A DNA stretch of 53,958 nt from Candidatus Berkelbacteria bacterium (lineage in GTDB: Bacteria; Patescibacteriota; UBA1384; JAPLVJ01), in assembly GCA_026397155.1 (NCBI GenBank), contig JAPLVJ010000052.1, positions 1-53,958 on the forward strand, read 5' to 3'. Made by a program: the position numbers and the translations under genes. Below are positions 25,927 to 34,758 of the stretch, in pieces. Each line of letters opens with the position of its first letter. Within the stretch, counting starts at the first letter, position 1. The notes under the pieces were generated by a model. The model was not told where the DNA came from. It worked only from the letters and a program-made list of their open reading frames with translations, and ran no database searches.

Positions 25927-27027
25927 TTATTTAGAATATTTACTGATATTCAATAATATCCCAGTACTTACTAGATTAATGACCAAAGAAGTGCCTCCGT
26001 ATGAAATGAAAGGCAACGGAACTCCAGTAAATGGCAGAAGTCCAGTAATGCCGGCAATATTAATAAAGGCTTGAAAAACAAACCATGTAACTATACCAAC
26101 TGCAACCAACCGACCAAAAGTATCGGGAGCTTTTTGAGCAATTTTATACCCCCTGTATGCTATATAGAAAAATGCGATGATTATTAGTGATGCTCTTAAA
26201 AAACCTAATTCTTCAGAAATAATTGCAAATATTGAATCAGTATGCACTTCTGGTAAAAATAAATACTTTTGACGCGATTGGCCAAACCCCAATCCCCATA
26301 ATCCCCCTGATCCGATAGCAATTAAGGCATTGCGAATATGATAAGCAATTCCAAGTGGATCATTTTCTGGATTAATAAATGACAACAATCTTGAAATGCG
26401 ATATGGCGCAACTTTAATTAATAAACAGAAACCTAAAAATGCTGAAAACATACCTAAGATTAAATGTGAAATAGATGCACCAGCTAAAAAATATATTGCT
26501 ACGGCAATACCAGTTAGGACAATAAAACTACCGAAATCTGGTTGCTCAATTAGCAAAACACCTAAAATCAATACCAACAAAGCAAAAGGCAAAAAACCTG
26601 ATTTAAAATTAGCTACTTTACTATTCATCCTTTCAAACCAAGCTGAAAGATACAAAATTAAGGTAAGTTTTGTTATTTCAGCCGGCTGGAAAACAACGCT
26701 TCCTATTCCTATCCAACGACTCACTCCACGCCAGCTATGACCAATACCTGGAATAAAAACTAAGATTAAAAGTAACAATGTTACCAATAGAAGAGGAGTG
26801 GCAATTTTTCTATAGTAGTGATAATCAATATTTTGAAATATTACCCAGGCAGCTAAACCAATACCAAACGAGATCAACTGCCTAATTAAATATACATCAT
26901 TTCTCCCAAAACGTTCGTAAGAAATCACCGAGGAAGCAGAAAAAACCATAACTATACCGAAAACTACTAGTGCGAAAATAACTAAAGCAAGGGGAGAATC
27001 TGGTTTTTGCGCTCGAATAAACTTCAT
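25927..27027 (-). CDS. ftsW: SEDS-family peptidoglycan polymerase FtsW
   Basis: 366 aa with about 10 TM helices and the conserved C-terminal motif GLLPFTGVPLPFISYGGTS. It has a 4-nt overlap with murD. Confidence 0.9.
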   Translation of the reverse strand: MKFIRAQKPDSPLALVIFALVVFGIVMVFSASSVISYERFGRNDVYLIRQLISFGIGLAAWVIFQNIDYHYYRKIATPLLLVTLLLLILVFIPGIGHSWRGVSRWIGIGSVVFQPAEITKLTLILYLSAWFERMNSKVANFKSGFLPFALLVLILGVLLIEQPDFGSFIVLTGIAVAIYFLAGASISHLILGMFSAFLGFCLLIKVAPYRISRLLSFINPENDPLGIAYHIRNALIAIGSGGLWGLGFGQSRQKYLFLPEVHTDSIFAIISEELGFLRASLIIIAFFYIAYRGYKIAQKAPDTFGRLVAVGIVTWFVFQAFINIAGITGLLPFTGVPLPFISYGGTSLVINLVSTGILLNISKYSK

Positions 27028-28421
27028 TTTATTTTTTTTACAGCTCTTTTAAATTGAACGCCTCTTTCTGTCGCATTTTTGAACATATCAAAAGACGTAC
27101 AGCCCGGTGAGAATAAAACAATATCACCCTTTTTAGCTTCCCGAGAAGCAGCTTGAATAATATCTTCCATTTTTGAAAGTTCCAGATTTTTAACCTTAAT
27201 TTTGTTCTTTAACTTATCTTCAAATACATTTGCCATTTCTCCGATCGAAATTATACTTTTTAGTGTACTTTTTTCAATCTCTCTGACTAATTTATCGTAA
27301 TCTCCTCCCTTACTGCGTCCACCGCAAATCAATACAACTGGGGCTGAAAAAGCACTTATTGCTGCCATGGTCGTTTCTGGAGTTGTAGAATACGAATCGT
27401 TTATATATTTGACGCCATCAATTTCACCCACTAGCTCTAGCCGATGTTCTAACCCGCTAAATCTTGTCACCATTTTTTTAATATCCTCGACTTTTGCTCC
27501 CGCAAGATAGGAACCAATAACAGCAGCACAAACATTCTCTAAATTATGCTCTCCAATTAGCCTAATATCATAAGTCGGACAAATAATCTGATCTTCTATA
27601 TTTGTTCTTAAAATTACCTCTCCAAAAAGACCAAATCTTTTATTTCCTTTTTCTTTTATTTCATGCCATTTAACAAAACAACCTCTTTCTACTGATTTAC
27701 GCCTGGAAAACCAGTATGTTTGAGCTTTAGATAAGGCTGCAAATTCAAAAGAAGTTAAGTAATCAAGATTAATGACGGCAAAATCTTTTTTGAATTGGTG
27801 TAGAACAATGTTTTGTTTTGCCTCTACGTACTCTCCGACATTCTTATGGTAATCTAAGTGGTCAGAAGTGACACCTAAAACAACCGCAATATGAGGGCTT
27901 TTATTCAAATCTTGCAGTTGAAAAGAAGACAATTCAAGCACAACCCAGTCGTCTGACTTTATTTTATTAACTAAAGAAATAGCAGGAGTGCCAATATTTC
28001 CAGCTAAGTATATTTTTGTTTTGGTACTTTTATATCTTTTCTTGAGAATTTCGTAAATTAAAGCTGCACATGTTCCCTTACCTTTAGTTCCAGTCACTCC
28101 GATTATCTTTCCCTTGCATAATTCAAAGAACAACTTAATACTTGAAGAAACCTCTAACCCTCTTAATTCAGCTTTTATAATCTCTGTCTTTAATCTAAAA
28201 ATGCCAGGTGATCTAAAAATAATATCAAAATCATTTAATCCGCAAAGATAATCTGAACCCAAACGCCATTCTTTTACTTTTAATTTTCTGTCTCTCTTCA
28301 AATGTTCATTGGCATCACAAACAGTAACAATAGCACCTTCTTTAATTAGAAACTTTACTAAAGGTAGGTTTTCTACTCCTAAACCCAATACACCAACTTT
28401 TTTTCCCTTTAAGTTTGTCAT
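27024..28421 (-). CDS. murD: UDP-N-acetylmuramoylalanine--D-glutamate ligase
   Basis: 465 aa with an N-terminal Rossmann-like VGVLGLGVENLP, P-loop VTGTKGKGT and a Mur ligase C-terminal domain. Confidence 0.92.
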   Translation of the reverse strand: MTNLKGKKVGVLGLGVENLPLVKFLIKEGAIVTVCDANEHLKRDRKLKVKEWRLGSDYLCGLNDFDIIFRSPGIFRLKTEIIKAELRGLEVSSSIKLFFELCKGKIIGVTGTKGKGTCAALIYEILKKRYKSTKTKIYLAGNIGTPAISLVNKIKSDDWVVLELSSFQLQDLNKSPHIAVVLGVTSDHLDYHKNVGEYVEAKQNIVLHQFKKDFAVINLDYLTSFEFAALSKAQTYWFSRRKSVERGCFVKWHEIKEKGNKRFGLFGEVILRTNIEDQIICPTYDIRLIGEHNLENVCAAVIGSYLAGAKVEDIKKMVTRFSGLEHRLELVGEIDGVKYINDSYSTTPETTMAAISAFSAPVVLICGGRSKGGDYDKLVREIEKSTLKSIISIGEMANVFEDKLKNKIKVKNLELSKMEDIIQAASREAKKGDIVLFSPGCTSFDMFKNATERGVQFKRAVKKIK

Positions 28422-28438
28422 AGCTCCTTTATCATAAC

Positions 28439-28472
28439 AAAAAAACTTCCCTAAAAAAAGCTTTTTTAAGGG
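28439..28472 (-). terminator. Weak AT-rich hairpin plus T7 tract between mraY and murD, a possible partial terminator or attenuator inside the dcw operon
   Basis: On the minus strand the sequence is CCCUUAAAAAA-GCU-UUUUUUAGGG, a stem of about 10 bp with one bulge. It is followed by AAG and then TTTTTTT (28445-28439). Confidence 0.25.
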
Positions 28473-28484
28473 GAAATGATCTTT

Positions 28485-29486
28485 TTAACCTCTGCCAAAC
28501 AAGGCCATAATAAGTCCGACAACAGTAAAAATAGCACCAAGTACCCAAAGACGCATAACTACTTTCGGTTCAGGCCAACCATACGCTTCAAGGTGATGAT
28601 GAATCGGAGAACTCAGAAAAAGTTTATGTCCAAAGAATTTTTTCCAAAAAAATTGAATAATAACAGATAATGTTTCAAATACAAAAACAAAACCAATAAT
28701 TGGCAATATTGCCACTGAATTAGTCAGCATGGCTATCACCCCCAGAGTCGCCCCAAGCGCCGTACTGCCCGTATCTCCCATAATAAATCTGGCTGGATAA
28801 ATATTAAACCACAAAAATGCCAGCAATGCTCCGGTGATTGAGGCACAGAAAATGGCGATTCCTGTTTGACCGTGAACAAGCGCAATTAAAGCATAAGCGA
28901 AAAAGGAAAGCATCAAAAGCCCACCAGCTAGACCATCTAAACCATCTGTTATGTTTACTGCGTTTATAGTCGCCACAATCACAAATATAAATAATGGTAT
29001 AAACCAGAAACCAATTGAAAAATCACCAAATCCTGGAATATGAATACCTTTTGCCCCCCACTCCAACTTGACATAAAACCACCAGGCCCCAACCGCGGCA
29101 ATAATAAATTGCCAGAATAATTTATATCTTGCCCTGATACCTTTTTTACCTAAAACATTGGCTAAGTCATCTGCAAGACCTAAAATCCCAGTCACAACCA
29201 GTGTAAATAGTGGCAACCATGTTGCCTCACGAGATAAATTAAAAATCAAAGTAACGATAGCTGTTGTAACCCAAATTAATAACCCACCCATGGTTGGTGT
29301 ATTCATTTTATCTTTATTAAGAGAATTAAAAACTGGAGCATTTTCTTTTTTAGCCTGCTTGCCTAACTTATATTTATAAAGTAAATTAGTTAGGAGTGGA
29401 GTCCAGGCTATCGCCAAAACAAATGAAATAAATGATAAAAGTAGCATTTTTTCGAGTGAATTAAGGGAAAACGTAATCAATTCCAT
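28485..29486 (-). CDS. mraY: Phospho-N-acetylmuramoyl-pentapeptide transferase
   Basis: 333 aa and polytopic, with DDLANVLGK, NAVNITDGLDGLA and PIHHHLE motifs. Confidence 0.95.
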   Translation of the reverse strand: MELITFSLNSLEKMLLLSFISFVLAIAWTPLLTNLLYKYKLGKQAKKENAPVFNSLNKDKMNTPTMGGLLIWVTTAIVTLIFNLSREATWLPLFTLVVTGILGLADDLANVLGKKGIRARYKLFWQFIIAAVGAWWFYVKLEWGAKGIHIPGFGDFSIGFWFIPLFIFVIVATINAVNITDGLDGLAGGLLMLSFFAYALIALVHGQTGIAIFCASITGALLAFLWFNIYPARFIMGDTGSTALGATLGVIAMLTNSVAILPIIGFVFVFETLSVIIQFFWKKFFGHKLFLSSPIHHHLEAYGWPEPKVVMRLWVLGAIFTVVGLIMALFGRG

Positions 29487-30583
29487 TATTTCTTAATCTC
29501 CTTAACAATATCTTCAAATTTCATTCCCCGCGAAGCCTTCACTAAAATTATATCACCTTCTTTAATCTCTTGTTTGATGTATTTAATCAGATCAGATTTA
29601 GTCTTAAAATACTTTCCTTTACCCACTCTAGCAATTACTTTCCCTCCCTCACCAGTGCACAAGAGTAAATCGCATTTACTTTGGGCCATCTTCCCAACAT
29701 CTTCATGTGCCTTTTTAGTATATCCGCCTAATTCCAACATATCTCCAAGTATGGCAATGCGTCTCTTGGCCAAATTTTGCTCTTTTAAAAAATTTAATTC
29801 TCTCAAGGCATACTCCATTGATAAGGGATTGGCGTTATAACTATCATCAATAATTAAACTCTTTGATTTGCCTCGAATCAAATTTAATCTCCCAATAAGA
29901 GACCTCGTTTTTTTTAATCCTCTATTAATTTGTTCGTCACTTAATTCAAAAATCTCGCCAACTAATCTGGCTACTGCAGTACTAATATTGGGTTCGGGAT
30001 CGAAATACTTAATATTAGCTTTGATACTGTGGGCCACTTGTGGTACTAAAGGATCTTTCCTATTTAAAACTGCAAAACCTTTTTCGGGCAAAACTTCAAC
30101 AACTTGCACTTTTTCTTCGATGACTTTTGGCAATGTATGAAAAAACTCTAAATGACTCGGTCCAATAGCAGTGATTACTCCAACTGTTGGTTTAACATAT
30201 GAAAGAATAGATTTAAAATCACCCGGAAGGTCTATACCCATTTCAAGAATTAAAATTTTCGGAAAAGGAAGAAGTGATAAAGTAAATAATATTGATTTAA
30301 AAAAAGCCAGAATCACAACAAAAGGTGCTATATACCACCTAACCGACTGTTTAAAACCCAAAATTGACAAAGGAACGCCAGTCTTTGTGTTCAAGCTTCC
30401 CGTAGACCGTCTAACTCCCTTACTACCAAATTTTTCTGCTAAAACATAAAAAATCGCTTCTTTGGTAGAGGATTTTGCTACGCTTCCAGTCACAATAATA
30501 ATTTTTGGCTTTTTTTTCTTTATTACCCGTGAAGCTAGTCCAACAATAATTGACTGGAACATTGAAGACAAATACTTTTTCAT
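29486..30583 (-). CDS. murF: UDP-N-acetylmuramoyl-tripeptide--D-alanyl-D-alanine ligase, unusually short form
   Basis: 365 aa with the MurF-specific motifs DDSYNANPLSM and AILGDMLELG. The P-loop reads TGSVAKSSTKE. The N-terminal domain is absent and there is a hydrophobic insertion at aa 78-109. Confidence 0.8.
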   Translation of the reverse strand: MKKYLSSMFQSIIVGLASRVIKKKKPKIIIVTGSVAKSSTKEAIFYVLAEKFGSKGVRRSTGSLNTKTGVPLSILGFKQSVRWYIAPFVVILAFFKSILFTLSLLPFPKILILEMGIDLPGDFKSILSYVKPTVGVITAIGPSHLEFFHTLPKVIEEKVQVVEVLPEKGFAVLNRKDPLVPQVAHSIKANIKYFDPEPNISTAVARLVGEIFELSDEQINRGLKKTRSLIGRLNLIRGKSKSLIIDDSYNANPLSMEYALRELNFLKEQNLAKRRIAILGDMLELGGYTKKAHEDVGKMAQSKCDLLLCTGEGGKVIARVGKGKYFKTKSDLIKYIKQEIKEGDIILVKASRGMKFEDIVKEIKK

Positions 30584-30596
30584 GATTTATATTGTA

Positions 30597-32279
30597 TCAC
30601 TCGGTTGGGCTGACTTGAAAGTAATTGAGTAAAAATGTAGCCATTTCTCCAAAAACTGGCGCAGCACTTGACTCAGCCCATTCAACCGTTTGTGGTTCAT
30701 CAATTTTAACCAACATAACAAAACGAGGATTCTCTGCTGGGGCAAAACCAACAAATGACCCAATCGATTTCCCTTCTTCATAACCTGAACCACCTTGCTT
30801 TGGAATTTGAGCTGTACCAGTTTTACCTGCAACTTTAAATCCAGATACCTTTGCTTTTTTACCATGCCCATTATCAACCACAGAAACCATCATTTGAGTA
30901 ACTGTTTCTGCTGTAGCCGGAGATATTACCTGCCTAATCTCTTTATTCTGAACTTTTGTCCTCCTACCGTCTGAATAAATAAATTCATCAACAATATGCG
31001 GCCATACAAGTTTACCGCCGTTAGCAATAGTACAAACTGCAGATGTTAATTGGAGTGGCGTAACCGCAATACCCTGCCCAAAACCCATTGTCGCCAACTC
31101 AACATCCTTCCATGATTTCAATGGCTTTAAGTTTTTGGTTGTTTCTTTATCTAGATCAATACCAAGCAAGCTGCCAAAACCATAATCTCGCAAATATTTA
31201 TAAAATTGCTCCTTGCCAATCTTTTGAGCCACATAGACCATACCTACATTATTCGATGTTTCTAAAACTTGAGTCATTGTTTGTGTTCCATGGGATTTCT
31301 TATCAAAAGTCCAGATTTCATACCCACCAATTTTAATTGAAGCTCCAAAATTTTCTGTAGTATCCTTGGTTATTTTATTTTGATCGATACCGATCGACAT
31401 GGTTATTGGTTTAAATACTGAACCTGGTTCCCATGTCTTTGCAATAACTGGATTTTGAAATATACTATAATCTTTAATCTCATTAAACTTACTTGGATCA
31501 AAGGTAGGATAACTAGCCATAGCAATAACTGCCCCCGTACGAGGATCCATAATTACCATTGATCCAGATGTTCCCTTATATTTCTCAACTGCCTCTTTAA
31601 TCTTTTTAAATGCTTCAAATTGAACAGTGCGATCAATGGTTAAAACCAAATCAGCCCCGTTTGAGGAACCTTTCTCGTTATCAGGAAAAACAACTCTGCC
31701 CTTCAAATCCTTTTCTCCTGAAATTACGCCCTTTTCCCCTTTTAATTCGCCATTATAGAACCCTTCAATTCCGTACTGGCCATCTCCTTCATTATTGACA
31801 AACCCTAAAATATGAGAAGTAGTTTCGCCTTCTGTATATAATCTTACATTTTCTTCTTCTAGGTAAATCCCGGTGATTTTTAGATCTTTAATTTCTGTCG
31901 CCTTATTTTCATCTACCTTGTGGGCTATTGGAGGTAAATACAGTTTATCGCTATTAATTTTCCCATAAAGATCCTTCTCATCTAAACTGAGTATGCTTGC
32001 TAACTTATTTGCTGCCACCTCTTTGTCTGTAACGTTTTTAGGAATGATAGAAATAGAATAATAAGTTAGATTTGTTGCTAAAGGGAATAAATCAGCACCA
32101 TCTCTAGCATATATCTTCCCTCTTTTTGGTATTACTTCCTTCTGAATAATTTGTTGACCTTTGGCTAAATCTACATATTTATTATGTTCCAAGATCTGCT
32201 TCTGAAAGATTTTTAGAATCGCGGCAATAAAAAAAAGCATCACTATAACCGTTAAAATCTTGAATCGATTCATAGCCAC
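30597..32279 (-). CDS. ftsI: Class B penicillin-binding protein (FtsI/PBP2B-type transpeptidase)
   Basis: 560 aa with an N-terminal TM anchor, a PBP dimerisation domain and the SVFKP, SNN and KTGTA motifs. Confidence 0.92.
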   Translation of the reverse strand: MAMNRFKILTVIVMLFFIAAILKIFQKQILEHNKYVDLAKGQQIIQKEVIPKRGKIYARDGADLFPLATNLTYYSISIIPKNVTDKEVAANKLASILSLDEKDLYGKINSDKLYLPPIAHKVDENKATEIKDLKITGIYLEEENVRLYTEGETTSHILGFVNNEGDGQYGIEGFYNGELKGEKGVISGEKDLKGRVVFPDNEKGSSNGADLVLTIDRTVQFEAFKKIKEAVEKYKGTSGSMVIMDPRTGAVIAMASYPTFDPSKFNEIKDYSIFQNPVIAKTWEPGSVFKPITMSIGIDQNKITKDTTENFGASIKIGGYEIWTFDKKSHGTQTMTQVLETSNNVGMVYVAQKIGKEQFYKYLRDYGFGSLLGIDLDKETTKNLKPLKSWKDVELATMGFGQGIAVTPLQLTSAVCTIANGGKLVWPHIVDEFIYSDGRRTKVQNKEIRQVISPATAETVTQMMVSVVDNGHGKKAKVSGFKVAGKTGTAQIPKQGGSGYEEGKSIGSFVGFAPAENPRFVMLVKIDEPQTVEWAESSAAPVFGEMATFLLNYFQVSPTE

Positions 32280-32291
32280 CTCATTGCTTTA

Positions 32292-32648
32292 TTATTTAGT
32301 TACAGCAACTGGATTCTGTGCTGGCAGATAGTCAATTTTTTGCGGTTGAACCAAATTTAAGTCTTTGTCTTGTAAAGACCCCAAAGATTTTAAACGGGCC
32401 ACTTCGGCATCTAATTTTTGATTTTCTAAAACCAATCTATCTTTCTTGTCTTCCAGATCGCGAATCTTATAACCTCTCAAAGACGCTTCATTAGATTGAC
32501 TGATAAAAAATAGCCCTAAAATGCAAATTATTGCTGTCATAATGAATTTAAAAGAAATAGGTCCGACAGAAAACGATGATGAAGCCATTCTTTTTTTATA
32601 ACCCAGTTTTGTTACATCTGAATTTGTTATTGTCAGATATCTTCCCAC
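32292..32648 (-). CDS. ftsL: FtsL/DivIC-like division protein (single TM plus coiled coil)
   Basis: 118 aa with TM FIMTAIICILGLFFI followed by a leucine-zipper-like coiled coil (LEDKKDRLVLENQKLDAEVARL). It holds the canonical position between rsmH and ftsI. The GTG start is preceded by AAGAGGA. Confidence 0.7.
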   Translation of the reverse strand: MGRYLTITNSDVTKLGYKKRMASSSFSVGPISFKFIMTAIICILGLFFISQSNEASLRGYKIRDLEDKKDRLVLENQKLDAEVARLKSLGSLQDKDLNLVQPQKIDYLPAQNPVAVTK

Positions 32649-32666
32649 AAATCCTCTTTCTAAAAA

Positions 32667-33551
32667 TTATGCTTTCTCGACGGCTCGAAGCTTGGCACTT
32701 CTTGCCCGAATATTTTCTTTTACTTCTTCACTGCTTGGATTAATTGGTTTCTTTGTTAAAATTTTTATGATACCATCTTTTTGTTTTTCTTTGAAAAAGT
32801 TTTTGACAATTCGATCTTCCCCAGAATGATACGAAATAACAACAATTTTTCCCCTTTTCTCTAAAACTCCCAAGGCTTGTAGTAAAGCCTCCTGTAAACT
32901 AGCTAATTCATCGTTTACGTAAATCCTCAATGCTTGAAAAATTTTTGCCAGCACTGCTGGATTTTTTACACCACATGCTTCAACTAATTCGAATGTGCTC
33001 TTTATTGATTGTTTTTGCCTATATTTAACAATTTTTCTAGCTATTTGATATGGTTTAATTACCTCACCATAATCGTGCAAAATTTCTGTTAATTGTTTTT
33101 CTGAAAATCTATTTACAACATCTTTCGCGGTAATGTCATCTTGAAATTCTGATTTTGTATCCTGAAATTTCATGTTCAATGACATATTTATTTTGAACGA
33201 AAGACCATATTCAGGATCTGAAATTTGCCAACTACCTAAACCTAAATCGAAATAAACTCCAGAAACTTTTGAAAAATCGGTTTTTTCTGCAATACTTTTC
33301 ATGTTTTTAAAGTTTCCCAGGAATGGAACTAGACGCTTATTATTAATTTTCGAAATGTACGATATTGCTTTTTTGTCTTGATCAATACAAAGCACTTTAC
33401 CGGATGGCTTCGTCTTTGAAAGAATTGTCTGTGCGTGTCCTCCCAGTCCGACCGTAGCGTCGATAAAATTCTGATTCGGTCGGGGGTTTAAATATTGAAT
33501 CAACTCGGACGACAGCACACTTCTGTGAATCATTGTTTCTGATGGTATCAA
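32667..33551 (-). CDS. rsmH: 16S rRNA (cytosine1402-N4)-methyltransferase RsmH (MraW)
   Basis: 294 aa with HRSVLSSE, DATVGLGGH (SAM-binding) and ISYHSGEDRIVK. The TTG start at 33551 has an AGGTGA SD. An alternative ATG lies at 33533. Confidence 0.92.
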   Translation of the reverse strand: MIPSETMIHRSVLSSELIQYLNPRPNQNFIDATVGLGGHAQTILSKTKPSGKVLCIDQDKKAISYISKINNKRLVPFLGNFKNMKSIAEKTDFSKVSGVYFDLGLGSWQISDPEYGLSFKINMSLNMKFQDTKSEFQDDITAKDVVNRFSEKQLTEILHDYGEVIKPYQIARKIVKYRQKQSIKSTFELVEACGVKNPAVLAKIFQALRIYVNDELASLQEALLQALGVLEKRGKIVVISYHSGEDRIVKNFFKEKQKDGIIKILTKKPINPSSEEVKENIRARSAKLRAVEKA

Positions 33552-33754
33552 AGTCTTTCACCTTTCTCCTTGGTCTATTTCCAGTTTTTACGGCCGGCAG
33601 CCGACCCCTAATTGTGACTCTCCGACACTGTCGGGGAGGCTCCTCCTAATTAATTACTAAATCGCAAATTTATATTGAAGCAGCGACTTTTTTACATGCC
33701 TTTGGCAAGCTTGTAAAATTTGCCAGCTGCCAACCGCCGAAAATTATTTGTTAA

Positions 33755-34189
33755 TCATACTCCCAGTTCAATCATGTGTTTGGAAATATCATCACTCCCA
33801 GCTTCACTTTTATCTTTATATTCTTTCCACTTCTTGGCATCCCAAATTTCTACTCTAGAATACACTCCTGATACAACTGCTTGACTTTTCAAACCTGAGT
33901 ACTCTCTTAAATAAGCTGGTAATAATATTCTCCCCTGTCTATCAAAACCAACATTTACTGCTCCAGAAAACATTAATCTTGTAAATGCGCGAGCTTTTGG
34001 ATCAGAAAGAGGTAAACCGGCTAGCTTAGTTGATAGTTTCTCCCACTCCTCTTTTGGATAAACACAGAGGCATTTATCAACTAAACCCTTGGCAACAACT
34101 GCACCTTCTTTCAAAAGTTTGCGAAATCTATATGGAACAGCGATTCTGCCTTTTTTGTCAATTGTGTGTTCATATTCTCCAATAAACAT
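33755..34189 (-). CDS. mraZ: Transcriptional regulator MraZ
   Basis: 144 aa with two SpoVT-AbrB-type repeats carrying DKKGRIAVP and DRQGRILLP. It is the first gene of the dcw cluster. Confidence 0.95.
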   Translation of the reverse strand: MFIGEYEHTIDKKGRIAVPYRFRKLLKEGAVVAKGLVDKCLCVYPKEEWEKLSTKLAGLPLSDPKARAFTRLMFSGAVNVGFDRQGRILLPAYLREYSGLKSQAVVSGVYSRVEIWDAKKWKEYKDKSEAGSDDISKHMIELGV

Positions 34190-34210
34190 TTTTACTGATC
34201 CTTATGGTTG

Positions 34211-34261
34211 TTATCCACAGAAAATGGACTTTATCCCCACTTTTATCCACATTTATATCCA
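34211..34261 (-). promoter_or_regulatory. MraZ operator: an array of direct repeats with GTGG/TGGATAA cores
   Basis: The minus strand reads CATAATGGATATAAATGTGGATAAAAGTGGGGATAAAGTCCATTTTCTGTGGATAAC. GTGG cores start at 34250, 34240 and 34218, and a degenerate copy overlaps the -10. Core spacing is about one helical turn (10-12 nt). Confidence 0.7.
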
Positions 34262-34289
34262 TTATGCCGCGTTTAAATAATGCTGTCAA
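34261..34289 (-). promoter_or_regulatory. Pmra promoter of the dcw cluster
   Basis: On the minus strand: TTGACA (34289-34284), an exactly 17-nt spacer, CATAAT (34266-34261). It lies about 70 nt upstream of the mraZ ATG. Confidence 0.7.
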
Positions 34290-34301
34290 GGTGTTGATAA
34301 C

Positions 34302-34320
34302 AAAAAAGTGCGAAACGCAC
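34302..34320 (-). terminator. Intrinsic terminator after the 103-aa membrane protein gene
   Basis: On the minus strand GUGCG-UUU-CGCAC (a 5-bp stem) is followed immediately by TTTTTT. It is located 29 nt after the stop of the 34349-34660 gene and upstream of Pmra. Confidence 0.45.
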
Positions 34321-34348
34321 AAAGAAAAGAGAACATTCCGCACACTCA

Positions 34349-34660
34349 CTATTTTAGATACAGATAACTGATAGCTACTCCGATGCCAAAAGCAATACTC
34401 ATGATTTTGATACTAAATTCAGATTCCAAACCATGTTCACCCAACAACCATCTCAAGAAAAGGTCAAGTCCAGTGAAAACTAATACCATAATAGGCCAGA
34501 TAATGTCTTTGATTCCGGGAGTATAGTTGGGAGTGAAGAAAAACTTTCTCACAAGTATTACTGCCAACACTCCGATCCAAAACGAAATTATGGACTGCAA
34601 AAGATACAGAAAAATAACTAGACTACTGCTAATTTGCTCTCGGTTCTGCATTACAGCCAC
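34349..34660 (-). CDS. Small three-TM membrane protein (hypothetical)
   Basis: 103 aa. A strong SD (AGGAGGTG) lies 6 nt before the ATG. There are three hydrophobic helices and no recognisable family motif. Confidence 0.6.
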   Translation of the reverse strand: MAVMQNREQISSSLVIFLYLLQSIISFWIGVLAVILVRKFFFTPNYTPGIKDIIWPIMVLVFTGLDLFLRWLLGEHGLESEFSIKIMSIAFGIGVAISYLYLK

Positions 34661-34710
34661 CTCCTAGATGAAAGGTACAACCAGTTTATGTTTCATTATA
34701 TTAATCATAT

Positions 34711-34745
34711 AAAAAATAGCAAGCGTTAATTAAAAAATACTTGCT
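34711..34745 (-). terminator. Weak terminator-like hairpin after glyQS
   Basis: On the minus strand AGCAAG pairs with CUUGCU across a 16-nt loop, followed by AUUUUUU. The loop is long, so this call is marginal. Confidence 0.25.
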
Positions 34746-34758
34746 TAAAATATAGCAA

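Noticed and set aside
30587-30877. 96-aa minus-strand ORF overlapping the 3' end of ftsI in another frame
   Set aside because: It lies entirely within ftsI, which carries the KTGTA and C-terminal PBP motifs in its own frame.
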